NCBI GenBank assembly: GCA_913047675.1
Contig: CAJWTO010000001.1
Span: forward strand, 15,412 to 79,411
DNA: 64,000 nt
Source: an uncultured Pseudomonadota bacterium
GTDB taxonomy: Bacteria > Pseudomonadota > Gammaproteobacteria > Ga0077536
Reading direction: 5' to 3'
The translations under genes were made by a program, and so were the position numbers. Position 1 is the first letter of the stretch; every line of letters begins with the position of its first letter. Under the pieces are notes generated by a model. It was given only the letters and a program-made list of their open reading frames with translations. It was not told where the DNA came from and searched no databases. This document shows, piece after piece, positions 58,490 to 64,000 of this stretch.

Positions 58490-60307
58490 TTATTGTAGTG
58501 TGGGTATGATTTTTTTTAATAAAACATGGATAGCTGGCTCGTCGTAACGTCTGACTAGGTCCTTGAGGCGCGCGATTTCTTGCCCAACCGTTTCTGCACC
58601 TTTGACTGCGTTTACACTCAATAACAGCTTCTCATGCTTAGTCCGAGAAAGCTCCTCATCTGAGTGGAATAATTCCTCATCTAGTTTTTCACCTGGTCTC
58701 AGACCGATATATTCAATTCGTATGTCTCTATCAAGAGTCTTCCCAGACAAGCGTATGACTTGCTCTGCCAAATAACGAATATTCACCGGCTCTCCCATAT
58801 CTAATACAAAAACCTCTCCTCCCGAACCAGTAGTACTTGCCTCTAAAATAAGTTGACTAGCTTCAGACACTGTCATGAAATATCGTCTAGCGTCAGGGTG
58901 AGTCACTGTCACAGGACCTCCATCTTCTATTTGGGCACGGAACAGAGGGACAACACTGCCGGTAGACCCTAGTACGTTACCAAATCTCACCGTAATAAAG
59001 TTAGTTGAGACCTGAGTATTCTTATGTGCGCATAACAGCTCTGCTATCCGCTTAGTAGCACCCATTATACTGGAGGGTTTTACTGCCTTATCGGTTGATA
59101 TTAGAACAAATGTCTCGCACTCAAATCTCGCGGCCGCATCGATGATTAAATTTGTACCTAATATATTATTACTTACCGCCTCTCTCAGATAATTCTCCAA
59201 GATCGGAACATGCTTATAAGCCGCCGCGTGATAGACATGCGATGGATGATACTGTTCAAACAAAAATTCTATCGCCTCAGCATCCCTAATATCACCAAGC
59301 AAAAAGATACAATCTAGCTTCGGATACTTTGCCTTTATTTCTCGCTCGGCCTGGTACAAATTTAATTCACTATTATCAAATACTATAAGCCTTTTCAGTT
59401 CTAAATCAGCCAACTGTCGACAAAGCTCCACACCAACAGAGCCGCCACCTCCGGTGACTAAAACGGTTTTAGCCAATAACCCCGCTCGTACAGTCTCCCA
59501 ATCTAATTGTACCTTGTCACGACCAAGCAAATCGTCGACAGACACCTCACGCACGGACTCGAGTCTTACCTGATCAGCACCACTATCCAAAAATTTAGGG
59601 AGAATCCTAAAATTCTTCCCGCTATCACCACATGCGTCTACTACCCGCTGCATCTCACTCGAGCTAGCGGACGGAACTGCAATTATGATGAGATCGACGT
59701 TGTGTTTTGTTACTAAGTCCGAGATTTGAGCAACTGTACCAAGAACTGGAATGCTATGGATGCGGGATTTAAACAAATCTAAGTCATCATCTACAAACCC
59801 TACCGCAGTATACTCTCTAGATCGTTTTATCTCCCTTAGTACAGCTTCTCCAGCGATACCAGCACCTATGATTAATATTCTCTCACCGTGACCTATAGAC
59901 GCGATACCTAAATCGCGATCCTTCCACATACGAAATACGAGACGCGAGCTCCCAAGAAAAAAAATAAGAAATAGTGGATATAAAATAAATACGGATCTCG
60001 GTGTCGGCTGAAACATAGACACAAAAGACACTATCGTGTGGATAGCTAAAGTACCAAGCACTGCCGCGCCCCCGACCCCAACTAGATCTTGGAGACTAGC
60101 GAACCTCCATTGACCCCGATAAAGTTTAAAAAGGTTAAAAACAATTCCTTGTACAACCATAACGATCGGCAAAACAAACAAACAGCTCTTCAAAAACACT
60201 TCCGGGGGATGTTCGAAATTAAATCGTGCGTACAAAGCGAGCACCCACGCTGCACCACTGGCTGACACGTCGTGAATTATTACTTTTGTTTTGGAGCTAA
60301 TTCGCAT
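58490..60307 (-). CDS. Membrane-anchored UDP-N-acetylglucosamine 4,6-dehydratase (WbpM/PglF/CapD family)
   Basis: 605 aa with 4 N-terminal TM helices and two Rossmann regions (IIGAGIAGE, VTGGGGSVG). CapD-type catalytic core. Confidence 0.85.
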   Translation of the reverse strand: MRISSKTKVIIHDVSASGAAWVLALYARFNFEHPPEVFLKSCLFVLPIVMVVQGIVFNLFKLYRGQWRFASLQDLVGVGGAAVLGTLAIHTIVSFVSMFQPTPRSVFILYPLFLIFFLGSSRLVFRMWKDRDLGIASIGHGERILIIGAGIAGEAVLREIKRSREYTAVGFVDDDLDLFKSRIHSIPVLGTVAQISDLVTKHNVDLIIIAVPSASSSEMQRVVDACGDSGKNFRILPKFLDSGADQVRLESVREVSVDDLLGRDKVQLDWETVRAGLLAKTVLVTGGGGSVGVELCRQLADLELKRLIVFDNSELNLYQAEREIKAKYPKLDCIFLLGDIRDAEAIEFLFEQYHPSHVYHAAAYKHVPILENYLREAVSNNILGTNLIIDAAARFECETFVLISTDKAVKPSSIMGATKRIAELLCAHKNTQVSTNFITVRFGNVLGSTGSVVPLFRAQIEDGGPVTVTHPDARRYFMTVSEASQLILEASTTGSGGEVFVLDMGEPVNIRYLAEQVIRLSGKTLDRDIRIEYIGLRPGEKLDEELFHSDEELSRTKHEKLLLSVNAVKGAETVGQEIARLKDLVRRYDEPAIHVLLKKIIPTLQ

Positions 60308-60340
60308 ACTTTTGATTTATATTACAAGTTGCTAAAAAAA

Positions 60341-61315
60341 TTAAATATAGCGTTTGCGCAAATGATACCAGACGAGACTCAGGCTCACATAGACCCCTAC
60401 CAGAATCAATAAACTATAGTCCTGATATGTATAAGCCATCCAAGCAGCCGGCCAACAATAAAAGCAGTTCAATAATAGTAATTTAAACGTAACCTTGCGC
60501 GGAGTAGCACCCGCTAATATTAATTTTTGGTAAAGATGACTGCGATGAGCTTGCCACCAACTCTGACCTGAAAAGACTCGAGCTCCCAAAGTCAGGCTAG
60601 AGTCTATGATAAACGGAGCAAATAAAAGGAGTGGAACGCACAAAGTCAACCCACCGCGCGCACCAATGATCCCGATAACGACAATGTGGAACCCAATGAA
60701 ATAACTTCCAACGTCACCCATAAAAATTCTTGCTGGATTGCGGATATTTAACATAAGAAAACCCAAAATACAGCCGAGTAAAACAGTCATATACGGCGTA
60801 TACGAATAAAGATTAATCTGCTCAAAAAAGTAGATATGAGACAATACGAAAAGAGCTGCTTGGGTACCCGCAAACCCATCTGCTCCATCCATAAAATTGA
60901 ATATATTGACAGTAGATATAATGGCTAGAACAAGTATCAATACCAACAAATGAGAAGGTGTCACTTCAAAAACCAAATAGACAAAAAATAGTGCCAGCAT
61001 CAATTGAAAGAACACTCTGAAAAGTACACTCTTTGGGGCTATGTCATCCCACCCGCCCAAAATCGCGAAGCCCAGCCCAACCCAAGCTAGTGCGTGCCCG
61101 TCTAGAAAGCTATTGCCCTGGTAAAGCAGCCAGCCTGTTAAAATTAATGCAATAACCGCCCCGCCGGCTGTAGGGGTAGGAGCATCGTGCAGACTCCTGC
61201 TATTTGGGATATCGATAATAGAATACTGACGAACCACGAAAATTAGCAGGTGCGATAGTAGGTATACCGAAACTAAAGGTGCAAGTAAGTGTGAAACTAA
61301 ATTAACCTCGTTCAT
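60341..61315 (-). CDS. Polyprenyl-phosphate N-acetylhexosamine-1-phosphate transferase (GT4, WbpL/WecA-like initiating transferase)
   Basis: Polytopic membrane protein with MraY/WecA-type motifs (GGWDD, NFMDGADG). The start is set at ATG 61315 (MNEVNLV...); the ORF-track start at 61351 would overlap the upstream gene by 50 nt. Confidence 0.8.
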   Translation of the reverse strand: MNEVNLVSHLLAPLVSVYLLSHLLIFVVRQYSIIDIPNSRSLHDAPTPTAGGAVIALILTGWLLYQGNSFLDGHALAWVGLGFAILGGWDDIAPKSVLFRVFFQLMLALFFVYLVFEVTPSHLLVLILVLAIISTVNIFNFMDGADGFAGTQAALFVLSHIYFFEQINLYSYTPYMTVLLGCILGFLMLNIRNPARIFMGDVGSYFIGFHIVVIGIIGARGGLTLCVPLLLFAPFIIDSSLTLGARVFSGQSWWQAHRSHLYQKLILAGATPRKVTFKLLLLNCFYCWPAAWMAYTYQDYSLLILVGVYVSLSLVWYHLRKRYI

Positions 61316-62258
61316 CGAGATACCATTTGCCAGTCTTAAGTAGACCTTCATTAAAAGAAAATTTGGGATCCCATTTTAAGATCCGACGCGCTTCGGTCGA
61401 ATCTACTGCCAATGAATCTAGAACCCGACTCGCCATACCACGCCGTCCCAAACAGGCGGCGGCGAAAACAAGAATAGGCTTAGGAATATAAAATAGTCGA
61501 GCGGGCACATGAAGATTTTTTGCCAAAGATCTAACTAGATCGGTCGTAGAGATAGTAGTGTCAGCTACGGTAAAAATTTCGCATTTTTTTGTATCCCTAG
61601 AAAGCGCGGCTACCACCGCTTGCCCTAGGTTTTCAACATAAATAAAACTTCTCCTATTATCTATACCGCTTAAGGGAAGAGGTATTCCTCTGAGCAACGC
61701 ACGACAGAGAAGATCTAAATTTCCCTTTTGTCCCGGTCCAAATACCAGAGGAGGACGCAAAATGACTCTGCTCATACCGCTAACACTATCTAGAAACTTT
61801 TCAGCCTGATATTTACTGATACCATATCGATCCTTTGGATCGGGATCTCGAAAGCTCGTCATTTGATCCTGGAAATCAACAGTTTTTTCACCATTCACTT
61901 TAATTGTGCTTACAAAAACAAAGTTTGTTACGTTAGCCGATCTCGACTGCTTGGCTAAATTGAACGTACCTAGAGCATTGACAGTATGGCAGAGACTCGA
62001 GATATCCTTAGAATCCTTATAGGTACTGTGCGTGACGCCGACTAAATGCACTACCGATGAAACACCTCCTAAAGCTCCCGACCAATCTGTATCTGGGCCG
62101 ACGGAACCAACAGCCACCATTTGACAATTAGGCAGCCTATTCAACGAATTGCGCGTCGCGGCAACAACGTGATAGCCGGCCTCCGTTAATTGCCTACAAA
62201 CAATTGACCCTATAAAGCCGTCAGCTCCGGTCACCAATACTTTACGTTTTACCGACAT
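61302..62258 (-). CDS. NAD-dependent sugar epimerase/reductase (WbpV/WbpK-like extended SDR)
   Basis: 318 aa with VTGADGFIGS and YGISK catalytic Tyr-x3-Lys. Lies immediately upstream of the WbpL/WbpM-like genes. Confidence 0.8.
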   Translation of the reverse strand: MSVKRKVLVTGADGFIGSIVCRQLTEAGYHVVAATRNSLNRLPNCQMVAVGSVGPDTDWSGALGGVSSVVHLVGVTHSTYKDSKDISSLCHTVNALGTFNLAKQSRSANVTNFVFVSTIKVNGEKTVDFQDQMTSFRDPDPKDRYGISKYQAEKFLDSVSGMSRVILRPPLVFGPGQKGNLDLLCRALLRGIPLPLSGIDNRRSFIYVENLGQAVVAALSRDTKKCEIFTVADTTISTTDLVRSLAKNLHVPARLFYIPKPILVFAAACLGRRGMASRVLDSLAVDSTEARRILKWDPKFSFNEGLLKTGKWYLDERG

Positions 62259-62307
62259 GAGTTATAAGTGCCTAGACTCGATTAAAAAACGTTGCGCGAT
62301 AGCTTGA

Positions 62308-63408
62308 TCAATTATAAAAGCTGTTTAAAGCATGTATCACGGAATCTTGCTCACTTTCTGATAGGTAGGCGTGGACAGGCAGACTCAAGACTCTCGACGC
62401 TACCCGCTCCGAGATAGGCAATCTTAATCCTGATGAGACTATCTCCGCAAAAACCGGTTGCTTATGAAGTGGCCTAGGATAATGAACTGCTGTAGGAATA
62501 TCCTGCGACGCCATGAAGTCTCTAAGGGAATCTCTTTTATCCACCTGAATGGTGTATTGTGCAAATACGCTTGTGTTCATGGAGTCAATAAAAGGGGTGG
62601 TGACCGACTTCTCTAAACTACCAATGAACTTACTATACCTTTCCCCACATCGGATACGATCCTCAATCTCTTCATTAAATTTTTCAAGTTTAGCCAGCAA
62701 CACGGCTGCTTGTATCGTGTCAAGTCTGCCATTTACTCCCAACGTCGTATGGTGATACCGCTCGGTCTGGCCGTGTAGACTGATGCTCTTCATCCTCTCC
62801 GCAAGTTTGGCGTCATTTGTGAAGCAAGCGCCACCGTCTCCATAACATCCGAGGGGCTTCGACGGGAAAAAGCTAGTGCACCCAATGAGGGATAGTCCGC
62901 CGGATCTTTTCCCTTTGTGGGTCGCCCCAAAACTTTGAGCTGCGTCCTCTATCACCGATATTTTGCACTCCGCTGCGATCGAATTAATGGTATCCATATC
63001 CGCACACTGTCCGTATAAAGATACTGGCATAATCGCTTTCGTGCGAGAAGTAATCGCCGGCGCTATTAATAATGGATCGATATTACAAGTCCTCTCATCA
63101 ATATCGACAAACACAGGTTTTGCCCCGAGTAACGCAATAGTCTCTGCGGTTGATATGAAAGAGAAAGGCGTCGTGATAACCTCGTCACCTGGCTCAATAC
63201 CTAGGGCCATCATCGCAATGAGCAAAGCATCTGTGCCACTAGACACTGCAACGCAATGCTTCACTCCAACAAAATCAGCGAGAGCAATTTCTAGATCATC
63301 GACCTCTGGTCCGTTGATATATTGTCCGTGCTGCAGTACCGCCAAGACTCGCCGGTCGACGTCTTTTTTTAGAGTCTGATACTGACTCTTCAGATCTACA
63401 AATTCCAT
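62308..63408 (-). CDS. DegT/DnrJ/EryC1/StrS PLP-dependent sugar aminotransferase, WbpE-like
   Basis: 366 aa, near-collinear with remembered P. aeruginosa WbpE (GQYI.GPEV, AIMPVSLYGQCADMD, IEDAAQSFGA, TSFFPSKPLGCYGDGGA, GVNGRLDTIQAA). Confidence 0.85.
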   Translation of the reverse strand: MEFVDLKSQYQTLKKDVDRRVLAVLQHGQYINGPEVDDLEIALADFVGVKHCVAVSSGTDALLIAMMALGIEPGDEVITTPFSFISTAETIALLGAKPVFVDIDERTCNIDPLLIAPAITSRTKAIMPVSLYGQCADMDTINSIAAECKISVIEDAAQSFGATHKGKRSGGLSLIGCTSFFPSKPLGCYGDGGACFTNDAKLAERMKSISLHGQTERYHHTTLGVNGRLDTIQAAVLLAKLEKFNEEIEDRIRCGERYSKFIGSLEKSVTTPFIDSMNTSVFAQYTIQVDKRDSLRDFMASQDIPTAVHYPRPLHKQPVFAEIVSSGLRLPISERVASRVLSLPVHAYLSESEQDSVIHALNSFYN

Positions 63409-63432
63409 AACACCTTCTAAAACTGTAAGTTG

Positions 63433-64000
63433 TTAACAGCCGACACCATAATACTGAAAGCCAGCATTTTCTATATAATTTCTTTCGTAAATATTTCTTA
63501 AATCAACGACAGTTTGTCCGCACATTAATGTCTGGATTAATTCAAAATCAAGATTTTTGTACGAATCCCACTCTGTCATCAGCACTAGAACATCCGTTTG
63601 ATGACAAACATCGTACATCTTATCGCAGTAACAAATCGAACTAGGTAGCACTAGTTTAGCCTGCTTCATTCCCTCCGGATCATGCGCCTTAATCTGAGCA
63701 CCTGCTCGCTCCAACTCACCGAGAATATAAATAGCAGGAGACTCCCGCATATCATCGGTGTTCGGCTTAAAAGTTAATCCCATAATACCAATATTTTTTC
63801 CCTGTAAACGTCCTCCACACGCCAGTCTGATTTTTTGCACCATACGCTCCATCTGACGTCTGTTCGCTTCAATTACAGATGTCACTATCCGAGCCTCGGT
63901 ATTATTATCTTGCGCAATATTGACCAGTGCTCGCGTATCTTTGGGGAAGCAAGAACCTCCGACTCCGGGTCCGGGATTTAAAAATCGAGGACCAATGCGC
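63433..64000 (-). CDS. ugd: UDP-glucose 6-dehydrogenase, N-terminally truncated by the window edge
   Basis: The frame stays open beyond the ORF-track Met to the window end. Hand translation of 63886-63999 gives RIGPRFLNPGPGVGGSCFPKDTRALVNIAQDNNTEARIV (catalytic GGSCFPKD). The C-terminal domain has LTFKPNTDDMRESPA. Confidence 0.9.
   Translation of the reverse strand, partial: RIGPRFLNPGPGVGGSCFPKDTRALVNIAQDNNTEARIVTSVIEANRRQMERMVQKIRLACGGRLQGKNIGIMGLTFKPNTDDMRESPAIYILGELERAGAQIKAHDPEGMKQAKLVLPSSICYCDKMYDVCHQTDVLVLMTEWDSYKNLDFELIQTLMCGQTVVDLRNIYERNYIENAGFQYYGVGC

Overview
This is a 64-kb window of a moderately AT-rich chromosome, probably from a marine gammaproteobacterium (inferred from synteny and gene content only). 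I found no CRISPR array, transposase, integrase, prophage or recognisable defence genes. Layout: (i) 1-6865 holds the conserved minus-strand translation cluster tRNA-Val(GAC)-thrS-infC-rpmI-rplT-pheS-pheT-ihfA. ihfA is cut by the window edge, and infC starts at a non-canonical AUA that the ORF track missed. (ii) 6973-16689 holds an RND efflux pair packed directly behind uvrB, a PQQ-type sugar dehydrogenase and a molybdopterin oxidoreductase; tRNA-Asn(GUU) follows at 16943-17018. (iii) About 17-57 kb is a dense patchwork of accessory catabolic and stress genes. It includes a ThDP decarboxylase/SDR/di-iron desaturase trio and a glucosylglycerate synthesis-plus-phosphorylase operon. It also includes a crotonase plus four-gene HyuA'/gamma/HyuA/HyuB cluster next to an AraC regulator and a divergent CYP153 P450-ferredoxin pair. 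Further along are a Fur-box promoter driving an unknown protein plus a Prx5 peroxiredoxin, a second P450 coupled to hydrolases, luciferase-like monooxygenases, an amidase and an acyl-CoA ligase. An unknown 333-aa protein is translationally coupled to the queuosine-precursor transporter YhhQ. (iv) 57.5-64 kb is the tail of an O-antigen/LPS locus (ugd, WbpE-like aminotransferase, WbpV/L/M-like genes, galU). My best candidate for something undescribed is the acetophenone-carboxylase-type four-subunit ATP-dependent carboxylase-like cluster, possibly co-regulated with CYP153. The second candidate is the YhhQ-coupled unknown protein. All functional calls rest on motifs read from the translations and on remembered family knowledge; no database search was run.
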